Below are positions 39,129 to 48,350 of a DNA stretch of 64,000 bases, piece by piece. Each line of letters starts with the position of its first letter. The first letter of the stretch is position 1. Under the pieces are notes generated by a model. That model was given only the letters and a program-made list of their open reading frames with translations, did no database searches and was not told where the DNA came from. The translations under genes were made by a program, and so were the position numbers. The stretch comes from Candidatus Saccharimonadia bacterium (GTDB taxonomy: Bacteria > Patescibacteriota > Saccharimonadia > Saccharimonadales > JALRHH01): the NCBI GenBank assembly GCA_023253175.1, contig JALRHH010000001.1, forward strand, positions 108,020 through 172,019, given 5' to 3'.

Positions 39129-40280
39129 GTGGATTTAGATATTAAACAATTGGCTGCAGCCGTCAAGGTTATTGCAGAAGAGAAGAATCTACCAGAAAAC
39201 GTTGTGCAAGAAGTTGTTGAGCAGGCACTCGCTGCTGCGTATCGCCGTGATTACGGTGACCGCGAACAGGAAGTTCGTGTATCTATGAACCTTAACACTG
39301 GTGACGTTGATGCATATGTATCAAAGGAAGTTGTTGAGCTTGTTGGCGACGACGCATTTGAGATTAGTCTCAAGGACGCTCAGGTTATGAAAAAAGACGC
39401 CAAAATTGGTGACATGATCGAAATTCACGAAAATGTTGAAGACTTTGGCCGCGTTGCCGCACAGACCGCAAAGCAGGTTATTCTGCAGCGTCTCCGTGAA
39501 GCAGAGCGTGAAATAGTCATGAATGAATACGAAGACAAAATCGGTACTGTTATCAACGCAATCGTTGGCCGCGTTGAGGGTCGTATTGTTCGTGTTGATC
39601 TTGGCAAGGCTCAGGGAATTATGCCAGGCTCAGAACAGATCCAGGGCGAGCGCTACTATCCAGGTCAGCGTCTGAAGGTATTCCTGAAGGACGTCGAGCG
39701 TGGCTTCCGTGGTCCACAGCTTGTTGTTAGCCGTGGTAGTACTGACTTCATCGAATGGCTATTCCGTGCTGAGGTTCCAGAGATGGAAAATGGCGCAGTT
39801 GAGATTAAGGCTATCGCCCGCGAGGCCGGTGTTCGTAGCAAGATTGCGGTAACAAGCACGGTTCCTGGTGTTGATCCAGTTGGTACGTTTGTTGGTGGTC
39901 ATGGTACCCGCGTGAACGCGGTTATGGGTGAAATCGGTGAACAGGAAAAGATCGACATCGTTGTATGGGATCAAGATCCAGCAACCTTTATCGTGAACGC
40001 ACTGAGCCCAACGAAGGTTTCTCGTGTAGAAATTGATGCAGAAAACAACAAGGCTAAAGTTATTGTCCCTGAAGACCAGCTCAGTATTGCTATTGGTAAG
40101 GGTGGCCAGAACGTACGTCTTGCAAGTAAACTCTCTGGTTACGATATCGACATCAGTGCAGAGGTAGAGGAAGCCGCAGCTCCTGTTATCGAATCTAAGC
40201 CAGTACCTGTAACGAAGCTTAAGAAAAAGGAAGCTCTCGAGAGTTCACTCCTAGAAGCAATCGAAGAACACGGCGAATAA
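39129..40280 (+). CDS. nusA: transcription termination/antitermination factor NusA
   Basis: NusA N-terminal domain, S1 and two KH regions (IAIGKGGQNVRLASKLSG). GTG start with SD GGAG. Confidence 0.92.
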   Translation: MDLDIKQLAAAVKVIAEEKNLPENVVQEVVEQALAAAYRRDYGDREQEVRVSMNLNTGDVDAYVSKEVVELVGDDAFEISLKDAQVMKKDAKIGDMIEIHENVEDFGRVAAQTAKQVILQRLREAEREIVMNEYEDKIGTVINAIVGRVEGRIVRVDLGKAQGIMPGSEQIQGERYYPGQRLKVFLKDVERGFRGPQLVVSRGSTDFIEWLFRAEVPEMENGAVEIKAIAREAGVRSKIAVTSTVPGVDPVGTFVGGHGTRVNAVMGEIGEQEKIDIVVWDQDPATFIVNALSPTKVSRVEIDAENNKAKVIVPEDQLSIAIGKGGQNVRLASKLSGYDIDISAEVEEAAAPVIESKPVPVTKLKKKEALESSLLEAIEEHGE

Positions 40281-40310
40281 GTAGAGCGGTTATCCTAGGG
40301 AAGACATTAT

Positions 40311-40727
40311 ATGAGCGAGCTACTTTCGCAGGAGAAAGCACGAGATATCCTACGATACCTGCAGCCCGCCGGTGTTGGCGTTTTGGTCGGTACGGTAACT
40401 TATGTCGCGGCTGACAAATTCTGGGGTCCAGCACAGGACTATAGTGCGCAGCAAGAGCTGGATTTTCGCATCAATAGCATTGACAGAGAAAAAGATATAC
40501 TTACGCAAGCACAAGATTCATTGGAATCAAGTAGCGGCAGCCTCCAGGAGATAGGTAGTGTGATATCTGTCCATGACCAGCAAATAGCAGAGCTACAAAG
40601 TAGGAAGGTGGATTACGGTAACGAAACCATTAACGGCATAGAGTCAACATTTCCATCATTACTACTTGGGGCGGTGGCGGCAAGCATTAGTGTTCGGAGG
40701 GCAAGGATCCGTCGGTCTAAACCGTAA
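40311..40727 (+). CDS. hypothetical membrane protein
   Basis: 138 aa. Two hydrophobic segments flank a coiled-coil-like middle; basic C-terminus. Confidence 0.45.
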   Translation: MSELLSQEKARDILRYLQPAGVGVLVGTVTYVAADKFWGPAQDYSAQQELDFRINSIDREKDILTQAQDSLESSSGSLQEIGSVISVHDQQIAELQSRKVDYGNETINGIESTFPSLLLGAVAASISVRRARIRRSKP

Positions 40728-40775
40728 ACTTACAGGGTTATTTGCTTGCCAGAGAAAAGGCGGGATGGATCCGTC

Positions 40776-40788
40776 TTTTTGATTGCTT
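40776..40788 (+). repeat. 13-nt direct repeat TTTTTGATTGCTT (copy 1)
   Basis: Identical 13-mer, 31 nt upstream of the paralog A ATG. Confidence 0.6.
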
Positions 40789-40819
40789 TGACGACTTTGC
40801 GGTGCTATCGTCAATCGTA

Positions 40820-41101
40820 ATGAGTGAGATATGTAAGGCGGACCAAGTTCCGTTCGAGCCTTTCGATGTATGCAGGGATGCATGTGTAGATCAATGGACC
40901 AATGCCCTTAATGCCGTGCCGACTCTGCTTGATGGCGAAGTAAGTGATATTCACTACGAAGGTGTTGAAATATATATCCCATGCGGCCCGAACACTCAGC
41001 CTGACGACCGGAGATGTGAAGCGATGCGGGTTAACTCCGGAAACGACGACAGTTTTCGTTTTGTTCTCGCATCGTTCAAGTGCATCAAAGAACAAAGTTA
41101 G
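40820..41101 (+). CDS. small acidic 6-Cys protein (paralog A)
   Basis: 93 aa from the ATG at 40820. Shares the MSE-C N-terminus, D-C-x3-C-D-W and DD..SF.F...C patterns with the next ORF. Confidence 0.5.
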   Translation: MSEICKADQVPFEPFDVCRDACVDQWTNALNAVPTLLDGEVSDIHYEGVEIYIPCGPNTQPDDRRCEAMRVNSGNDDSFRFVLASFKCIKEQS

Positions 41102-41106
41102 CACTA

Positions 41107-41119
41107 TTTTTGATTGCTT
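41107..41119 (+). repeat. 13-nt direct repeat TTTTTGATTGCTT (copy 2)
   Basis: Identical 13-mer, 29 nt upstream of the paralog B ATG. Confidence 0.6.
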
Positions 41120-41148
41120 AATAATTTTAGTGGTGGTAGGGTGTGCTT

Positions 41149-41433
41149 ATGAGTGAGAGATGTCCGTTGGAGAGGCAAAGGCATTATTGGTCAGAAGAAA
41201 TACCTGATGTCTGTCAAGAAACTTGTAGTGACTTATGGGAAGAAGTTGAGGCTACAACTGCGCCGCAAGAAGACCTGATTGATAAAGACTGTGATCATAC
41301 TTTGGAGCATGGAGGCGGCACTCTGGAGCGCGATGAAGGCCCAAGGAGACGCTGGACAATACTAAGTTCATGCATAGTGACGGGGGATGATGTGCTTAAT
41401 GAGTCCTTCTACTTCGAGTGCCCTAACAATTAA
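41149..41433 (+). CDS. small acidic 6-Cys protein (paralog B)
   Basis: 94 aa from the ATG at 41149. Same Cys pattern as paralog A. Confidence 0.5.
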   Translation: MSERCPLERQRHYWSEEIPDVCQETCSDLWEEVEATTAPQEDLIDKDCDHTLEHGGGTLERDEGPRRRWTILSSCIVTGDDVLNESFYFECPNN

Positions 41434-41434
41434 A

Positions 41435-41461
41435 TTAGCACTCTTGCATGACGAGTGCTAA
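41435..41461 (+). promoter_or_regulatory. CIRCE element (HrcA operator), perfect consensus
   Basis: TTAGCACTC-ttgcatgac-GAGTGCTAA matches the consensus TTAGCACTC-N9-GAGTGCTAA at 18 of 18 positions. It lies 58 nt upstream of the clpC ATG. Confidence 0.85.
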
Positions 41462-41473
41462 TTGGTGTAATAT
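41444..41473 (+). promoter_or_regulatory. putative clpC promoter overlapping CIRCE
   Basis: -35-like TTGCAT (41444-41449, inside the CIRCE spacer), an 18-nt spacer, and -10-like TAATAT (41468-41473). Confidence 0.45.
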
Positions 41474-41518
41474 AGATATAGCGAAAGATATAAAAAGTCG
41501 CTAGGAGGGCTAAACATT

Positions 41519-44035
41519 ATGATGCCTAATTCATCTGATTTCCAAGAATTTTTGAACCATTTAACGGATAATGCGTTGAACAGCTTGAAGCACGCTGATG
41601 CAATTGCACGCAGCTTTGGTAGTGCATACGTTGGCACCGAGCATTTACTACTGGGCGTTTTGGCCCAGGATACAAGTATGGGTGCAAAGATGCTCGAAGG
41701 TATTGGTGTTACGCTTGATCGTGCCCGCTTGGCGCTAAATTTAACTCCTAAGACTTTGGTCATTAATCTTGGTGCAAAGGGTCTCAGTGAGACTGCTAAA
41801 TTAACGCTTAAGATGGCGTACGATGTTGCCCAGGATTTCAATCAAGAGTTCTGTGGCACCGAGCACATTTTGTACAGTATTCTCAGCCAAAAGAATGCCC
41901 GCGCTACTGTACTACTCCGTGATATGAATGTAGACGTTGATGCACTCGTGAGTGAGCTGGAGCAGTTCCTGAATCGCCAGCAATATAACGACGAAGAGGG
42001 CACTGATACGTCTAGGCGCAGTAAGAAGTCTAAGAAAAAGACAGCGCTTGATTTCTTTGGTACTGATCTGACTGACCAGGCTCGTAAGGGTAAGCTTGAC
42101 CCAGTCGTTGGCCGCGAAACACAGATTCGCCGCGTGGTAACAATTCTGAACCGCCGAACCAAAAATAATCCGGTTCTTATTGGTGAACCTGGTGTTGGTA
42201 AAACCGCGATTGCAGAAGGTCTTGCGCAGCGTATCATAAGTGAAGATGTACCAGATAGTTTGTTAGACAAGCGAATTGTGATGCTTGATCTTGCAGGAAT
42301 GATCGCTGGCACAAAATACCGTGGAGAGTTCGAAGAGCGCCTTAAAAAGGTGATGTCAGAGCTTGAAAGCGACAAGAAAACAATCGTGTTTATTGATGAG
42401 CTTCATCTGCTTGTAGGGGCTGGAGCCGCCGAAGGCGCCATGGACGCTGGAAATATTCTAAAGCCAGCACTAGCACGCGGTAAAATCCAGGTAATCGGTG
42501 CAACAACGACTGCTGAATACAGTAAACATATCGAAAAGGATGCAGCCCTCGAACGGCGATTCCAGCCAATTCAGGTTCCTGAAACAACACCAGCGGAGAC
42601 ATTAGCGATCCTAAAGGGTCTGAAGAAGCACTATGAGGAATTCCATAATGTTTCAATCAGCGATGAAGTGCTGGAAGACACCGTGACCCTCGCGAAGCGT
42701 TACATTAATGACCGCTATATGCCAGATAAGGCAATTGATCTTGTCGACGAGACGGCAGCACACTTACGCGTAGATAAAGGCAAGACTTCGCCCGAAGTCC
42801 GCAAGCTCAAGAAGGAGCTAAAACTCGTAAATACTCGTATTGAAGACGCGGTTGACGCAGAAAACTATGAAAAGGCTGCCGAGTATAAGCAGCGTGCCAG
42901 TCAAATTAAGGAAGAGCTCAAGAAGCTTGAAGCAAGTGATAAGGGCGCAAAGGCACTGACAATTACAAGCGATGATGTCGCAGAGGTGGTTGCCCGAATG
43001 ACTGGCGTGCCAGTTACCAAGGTGATTCGTTCCGAAGCTAAATACCTACTAGCCCTAGAGCGCAATCTCGGTAAGCACATTATCGGTCAGCACGAGGCTG
43101 TGGCTGCGGTTGCAAAAGCGGTCCGTCGTAACCGCGTCGGTATTGGTTCTGGCAAGCGGCCAATTGGCTCGTTTATTTTCCTCGGTCCAACTGGTGTTGG
43201 TAAGACAGAGCTTGCGCGCGTGCTCGCTCGTGAATTCTTGGGCAGTGAAGACAACCTTGTAAAAATCGACATGAGTGAGTTCAGTGAACGTCATAATGTT
43301 TCAAGACTGGTCGGTGCACCGGCAGGATACGTTGGATACGATGAGGGTGGTCAGTTAACTGATAAAATTCGTCGTCAGCCTTACAGCCTTGTCTTGTTTG
43401 ATGAAATTGAGAAAGCTCACCCAGAAGTGTTTAATATGCTGCTTCAGATCCTTGAAGACGGCGTACTAACTGATGCCAAGGGCCGCAAGATTGATTTTAC
43501 GAATACCATTATCATCATGACGAGTAACATTGGGGCGGAGAAGTTGCAGAAAGAAGCAAACTTCGGCTTCCATACACATACCCGTACTGACGAGAAAGAC
43601 CTAGATAGTTTGCATGACAACAATAAGTCAAAGGTGCTCGATGAGCTTAAGAAGACAATGCGTCCAGAACTACTGAACCGTATTGACAAGACAATTGTGT
43701 TCCGTGCCCTGACCAAGAAAGATGTGACCAAGATCCTCGACTTGCAGCTTGGCGATCTTCGCGAACGGCTCCTCAAGCACGGCTTGGGTCTCGATGTGAC
43801 GACCAAGGCAAAGCATTTCCTAATTGATAACGGCTATGATGCATTAAACGGTGCACGTCCTATGCGTAGGCTCATTCAGGATACACTAGAGGATCACATT
43901 GCGCTGCAGCTACTTGAGGGTGAGTATGCCACAGGCGATATAATCAAGGTTACTGTCAAGAAGGGTGAGCTTGAGTATGAAGTCGTACGAGAAACTGTGG
44001 CTCAAAAAACTCAGGAAAAAATCAGCCAAAAGTAA
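41519..44035 (+). CDS. clpC: ATP-dependent Clp protease ATP-binding subunit ClpC-type (class I AAA+)
   Basis: Clp N-domain repeats, two AAA modules ([18 protein letters not shown]), a short UVR-like middle domain ([13 protein letters not shown]), and an FGF loop candidate for ClpP docking. Confidence 0.9.
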   Translation: MMPNSSDFQEFLNHLTDNALNSLKHADAIARSFGSAYVGTEHLLLGVLAQDTSMGAKMLEGIGVTLDRARLALNLTPKTLVINLGAKGLSETAKLTLKMAYDVAQDFNQEFCGTEHILYSILSQKNARATVLLRDMNVDVDALVSELEQFLNRQQYNDEEGTDTSRRSKKSKKKTALDFFGTDLTDQARKGKLDPVVGRETQIRRVVTILNRRTKNNPVLIGEPGVGKTAIAEGLAQRIISEDVPDSLLDKRIVMLDLAGMIAGTKYRGEFEERLKKVMSELESDKKTIVFIDELHLLVGAGAAEGAMDAGNILKPALARGKIQVIGATTTAEYSKHIEKDAALERRFQPIQVPETTPAETLAILKGLKKHYEEFHNVSISDEVLEDTVTLAKRYINDRYMPDKAIDLVDETAAHLRVDKGKTSPEVRKLKKELKLVNTRIEDAVDAENYEKAAEYKQRASQIKEELKKLEASDKGAKALTITSDDVAEVVARMTGVPVTKVIRSEAKYLLALERNLGKHIIGQHEAVAAVAKAVRRNRVGIGSGKRPIGSFIFLGPTGVGKTELARVLAREFLGSEDNLVKIDMSEFSERHNVSRLVGAPAGYVGYDEGGQLTDKIRRQPYSLVLFDEIEKAHPEVFNMLLQILEDGVLTDAKGRKIDFTNTIIIMTSNIGAEKLQKEANFGFHTHTRTDEKDLDSLHDNNKSKVLDELKKTMRPELLNRIDKTIVFRALTKKDVTKILDLQLGDLRERLLKHGLGLDVTTKAKHFLIDNGYDALNGARPMRRLIQDTLEDHIALQLLEGEYATGDIIKVTVKKGELEYEVVRETVAQKTQEKISQK

Positions 44036-44062
44036 CCTACTACTGCTATACTGGGCGTAATT

Positions 44063-45025
44063 ATGCATAAGCGAATCTGGTCTTTTGTTGCGACTTTGCT
44101 GGTAATACTGATAGCTGCTGGCGTCTGGCTCAATCAAAATGCGCTGTTCGATATGTGGCGGCTCAGGGGCTATACTCCGCCAGCGGAAGTCGTCAAGCTA
44201 GCCGACGAGACTACCATGACCGACAGTGCTCGTCGGCTATTCTATGTCTACAGACCCGCACTGCAGGACAAGACGACCTTCAATAGCTCTTGTAGTAACA
44301 GTGAACAGACGATTGTCCTTGGCTGTTATGTACAACACCAGGGTATCTATTTATACAATGTTGCCGACCCAAGACTTGATGGTGTAATTGAGGTAACGGC
44401 AGCACATGAGATGTTGCACGCCGCCTATGATCGTCTGAGTGATAAGGAGCAAAAGCGTATTGACGCGCTTACGAATCAAGTGGCTGGTTCATTAACTGAC
44501 GAGCGGTTAATCTCTACAATCGAAAGTTACCGAAGCAAAGACCCTTCTGTGGTGCCAAATGAGCTCCACAGTATCCTGGCAACCGAGGTACAGGACTTGC
44601 CGAGCGAACTAGAGACGTACTATAGCCGTTATTTCACAAACCGGAAGGCAATTGTTGAGATGGCCAGTAAGTATAAAGGTGCGTTTACCGAGCGTGAAGA
44701 TCAGGTGAAGGCAATTGACGAACAGCTTAAATCCCTAAAGACACGAATAGATGTCTTAAATGGAACTCTTGAATCCCAGCAGGCTAACTTAAAGACGAGT
44801 TACGACGATTTGCAACAAAAGCGAAAGGGTAATAATATCGAGGAATACAACGCCGCCGTGCCTGCCTATAACCAGGCGGTGGTTGCTTATAACGCCAATG
44901 TGAATAAACAAAAGCAACTTGTGTCGCAGTACAATAGTCTCGTCGAACAGCGCAATGATCTCGCAACCGAAGAAAACGAACTGATAAAAGCGCTCGACAG
45001 CAGGGAAACGATTCAGTCCCAATAA
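44063..45025 (+). CDS. hypothetical membrane-anchored protein with HEXXH motif and coiled-coil tail
   Basis: N-terminal TM helix, VTAAHEMLHAAYD (HEXXH), and a C-terminal Q/N/K-rich heptad-like region of about 120 aa. Confidence 0.55.
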   Translation: MHKRIWSFVATLLVILIAAGVWLNQNALFDMWRLRGYTPPAEVVKLADETTMTDSARRLFYVYRPALQDKTTFNSSCSNSEQTIVLGCYVQHQGIYLYNVADPRLDGVIEVTAAHEMLHAAYDRLSDKEQKRIDALTNQVAGSLTDERLISTIESYRSKDPSVVPNELHSILATEVQDLPSELETYYSRYFTNRKAIVEMASKYKGAFTEREDQVKAIDEQLKSLKTRIDVLNGTLESQQANLKTSYDDLQQKRKGNNIEEYNAAVPAYNQAVVAYNANVNKQKQLVSQYNSLVEQRNDLATEENELIKALDSRETIQSQ

Positions 45026-45079
45026 CGAGTGGTGACCATAGGCTATTCTGCTGTATAGTTACTATTAAAGGTATATACA

Positions 45080-46876
45080 ATGAAGAGACTGAGTGGTACT
45101 GAGCAGGTTAGAGCAATTGCAGGCGTTGCCGCGCTGAGTTTTAGGATCGCACCAGGCGCGGTTTTGTTCAAGCTCGGTGGTGCTATATTTGATGCTGTTT
45201 TGCCTATTGCGACAACCTACTATGCCGCGCTTACCACTACGGCGCTTGTCTCTGCTTACGCCGGTGATGAGGAGGCTGGTAGACAGGCGATAACGTATGT
45301 TATTATCACGGCTTTTCTTGGTCTTGGTATGACCGTATGGCGGAGTCTGGACAACTATATTCAGGCAAGGATGCGGTATCTTGTGACAGCTCGTATTAGC
45401 GATAAGATGTACACGCACTTCCTTTCGCTGGAATTCTGGCGATACGACGACAAGGAAACTATTGATTTGTATGATCGTGCACTCAGATTTTCAAATATCT
45501 ACGCGTATGTATTTAATCGTCTTGCGGATATAGTCTCTCAGCTGATAGGAATGGTCACTGCCGTAGCCGCGTTAGCACTCTTTGAGCCGCTACTGGCATT
45601 AGCTATTTTTGTAGCGCTCTTTCCTGGTGTCTATCTACAGTTTAGGCTTTCTCGTAAACAGATTGCCCACTGGAATGATAATGTCGAGGTTCGCCGTGCG
45701 CAGATGATGCTCGAGGATCACTTTGGAAAACCCAAGATGATATCAGAATTACGCCTCTATGGAATGGTTGAATATCTTATGGGGCACAGGAATGTCCTCC
45801 GCGACAAAGACGAAAAAGGCAGGCTGGATTTTGAGAAGCGATTTATACCGAGCCGTTTGCTTGCTGACGCACTCGAGGCGCTTGTTGAGCTTGGATCGCT
45901 CATCTGGATTGTCATGCAGATTATTGCACGTAATCACCCGGTCGGTCAGTTCGTATATGTTCAACAAGTTGTTTCTAGGGCAATGGGTAGCGCATCTGGC
46001 CTTGCTACAACACTCGGTAATTTAGATGAGGAGATGGCTAATTTGTTTGATTACCAACAGTTCATGAACTTGCCGACTGGATCTGCTGCTGAAGGCTTTG
46101 TACTGACTGGGGCTCCAAAAACTATAGAATTTAAGAACGTGTCATTCAAATACAGCGGGGCAAAGCAATACGCGCTGAAAAACATAAGTCTTGTGATTAA
46201 CGCTAGAGAGCACATTGCGATCGTGGGTGAAAATGGGGCAGGCAAGTCAACTTTCGTAAAACTATTAACTGGCCTCTATAGTCCTACAGAGGGCCAAATT
46301 CTGATTGATGGAGTAGACATAGCTGATGTTAGTCTCGTCTCTTGGCATAAACAACTGGGTGTACTGCAGCAAGAGTTCATTCATTATAATTTTGCCAGTG
46401 CAAAAGATAACGTGCGGTTTGGCGCGGTTGATGAACAAGTTAGCGATGAACGAATTAGCCGGGCAATAGAGTCTGCCGAGGCAGAAGATTTCTTACGTAA
46501 ACTCCCACAAGGGCTTAACAACTATGTGAATAACTGGATGGAAGATGGCAAGAGTAACAAGGGGGTAGATCTTTCTGGAGGCCAGTGGCAGAGGTTGGCC
46601 CTTGCCCGCAACTTCTACAGAGAAGCACCTATTATAATTCTGGATGAGCCGACTTCTGCAATTGATGCACTCGCAGAGTCGCGGATATTTGATAGGCTTT
46701 TTGATGACAGCAAACGAACGCTCGTGACGATAAGCCACCGTATGTCAACGATTGAACGAGCCAGCAAGATTTATATGTTTGAAGAAGGCGTAATGGTTGA
46801 GACTGGAACTCACATTGAGCTCAAGAAACGCAAGGGCAGATATTATCGTATGTTTGAAAAGCAGATCAAAGCATAG
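45080..46876 (+). CDS. ABC transporter, fused permease/ATP-binding protein (exporter type)
   Basis: N-terminal 6-TM domain, Walker A GENGAGKST, signature LSGGQWQR, Walker B IIILDEPTS. Confidence 0.88.
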   Translation: MKRLSGTEQVRAIAGVAALSFRIAPGAVLFKLGGAIFDAVLPIATTYYAALTTTALVSAYAGDEEAGRQAITYVIITAFLGLGMTVWRSLDNYIQARMRYLVTARISDKMYTHFLSLEFWRYDDKETIDLYDRALRFSNIYAYVFNRLADIVSQLIGMVTAVAALALFEPLLALAIFVALFPGVYLQFRLSRKQIAHWNDNVEVRRAQMMLEDHFGKPKMISELRLYGMVEYLMGHRNVLRDKDEKGRLDFEKRFIPSRLLADALEALVELGSLIWIVMQIIARNHPVGQFVYVQQVVSRAMGSASGLATTLGNLDEEMANLFDYQQFMNLPTGSAAEGFVLTGAPKTIEFKNVSFKYSGAKQYALKNISLVINAREHIAIVGENGAGKSTFVKLLTGLYSPTEGQILIDGVDIADVSLVSWHKQLGVLQQEFIHYNFASAKDNVRFGAVDEQVSDERISRAIESAEAEDFLRKLPQGLNNYVNNWMEDGKSNKGVDLSGGQWQRLALARNFYREAPIIILDEPTSAIDALAESRIFDRLFDDSKRTLVTISHRMSTIERASKIYMFEEGVMVETGTHIELKKRKGRYYRMFEKQIKA

Positions 46877-46912
46877 ACTTCGTGAGAAGCATAAGGTGCT
46901 AAAATAGATGGA

Positions 46913-48259
46913 GTGGCTAAGAAAGATTCTATTCAGTATGTGTGTAGCAATTGCGGCGCAGCATCACCTACCTGGAGCGGTAAGTGTTTTAGCTGCGGCG
47001 AATGGAATACATTACAAGAAAACCTAAGTGTCGGCAGCCGTGCTGAGATTAAATCTGGCGGTCGAATCCTGCAACCAGAATCTGTTTCGAAGAGTGCAGC
47101 GACTGATATGGCACGTGTCCTAACCGGAATGCCAGATGTCGACACAGTGCTGGGAGGCGGTGTGGTGGCCGGGAGCGTGAACTTAATTGCCGGGCAGCCT
47201 GGTATCGGTAAAAGTACCCTGATGCTGCAGCTGGCATACAACATCGCTCAGAAGCATAAGGTGCTATATGTCAGCGGCGAGGAGTCGGCGCATCAAATTA
47301 GTCTCCGTGCGCAGCGGCTCGGCGCAGGTTCTGACAAACTGCAGCTTGCGACCAGTACAGTGACAGACGACATCGCTGCCACAATTGCAGCCGGAGAGTA
47401 CGATTTGGTGGTTGTAGACTCAATCCAAACAATAGCTTGCAATGACGTAACATCAGCTGCCGGGAGTGTTAGTCAGATTACTAATAGCACGCATTTGCTC
47501 ACTGCTGCGGCTAAAGGTTCAAATACATCGCTGCTGATTGTTGGCCATGTTACTAAGGAGGGTTCTATTGCAGGTCCAAAGGTGCTCGAGCACTTGGTTG
47601 ATGTCGTCCTGCAGCTGGAGGGTGATCGGTATGGCGGCTTTAAGCTACTGCGCGCCGTAAAAAACAGGTATGGCTCCACAAATGAAGCGGGTATTTTCGA
47701 AATGACCGATACGGGGCTAAAAACTGTTGATAATCCATCGGCGGCATTGCTGGCAGAGCGACATGTAAGTGATGGCTCGATTGTGTTAGCAACTATGGAA
47801 GGCACACGGCCATTACTCGTTGAGGTTCAGGCGCTCGTAAATAGGACAAGTTACGGCTATCCAAAGCGTGCGGCAAGTGGTATTGATTTGAACCGCGTAA
47901 ACTTATTGGTTGCTATGCTAGAGCGCCGCACAAAGCTTAATCTTGCAGATCAGGATATTTATATTAATATTGTTGGCGGTATGAAGCTGACCGAACCGGC
48001 AGCGGACTTGGCGGTTTGTATGGCAATCGCCAGTGCGAGTAAGGGAATGCAGCTTGCCGATAACGCAGTTGTGTTTGGTGAAGTTGGATTGTCTGGCGAA
48101 ATTAGACATGTACCATATCTTGAGAAAAGACTGGCAGAAGCCAAGAAGCTGGGTTTTGAGTCGGCAATTGGCCCCGTGCAAAAGCAGGGCAAAAAACTCA
48201 CCGGCTATCAAGGCATGAGAGACATAAAAACAGCACTCAATACCTTTCTATCCAAGTAG
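46913..48259 (+). CDS. radA: DNA repair protein RadA/Sms
   Basis: Zn finger CSNCG...CFSCGEWN, Walker A GQPGIGKST, KNRYG motif, Lon-like C-terminal domain. GTG start. Confidence 0.92.
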   Translation: MAKKDSIQYVCSNCGAASPTWSGKCFSCGEWNTLQENLSVGSRAEIKSGGRILQPESVSKSAATDMARVLTGMPDVDTVLGGGVVAGSVNLIAGQPGIGKSTLMLQLAYNIAQKHKVLYVSGEESAHQISLRAQRLGAGSDKLQLATSTVTDDIAATIAAGEYDLVVVDSIQTIACNDVTSAAGSVSQITNSTHLLTAAAKGSNTSLLIVGHVTKEGSIAGPKVLEHLVDVVLQLEGDRYGGFKLLRAVKNRYGSTNEAGIFEMTDTGLKTVDNPSAALLAERHVSDGSIVLATMEGTRPLLVEVQALVNRTSYGYPKRAASGIDLNRVNLLVAMLERRTKLNLADQDIYINIVGGMKLTEPAADLAVCMAIASASKGMQLADNAVVFGEVGLSGEIRHVPYLEKRLAEAKKLGFESAIGPVQKQGKKLTGYQGMRDIKTALNTFLSK

Positions 48260-48350
48260 TCAGATACGGATTTACGAGTAGAAATTCGCATATCTGTTCA
48301 AACTGCACTAAAATATGAAAAGTTTCGGTTAAAAGCCGAAGAAGGAAATT

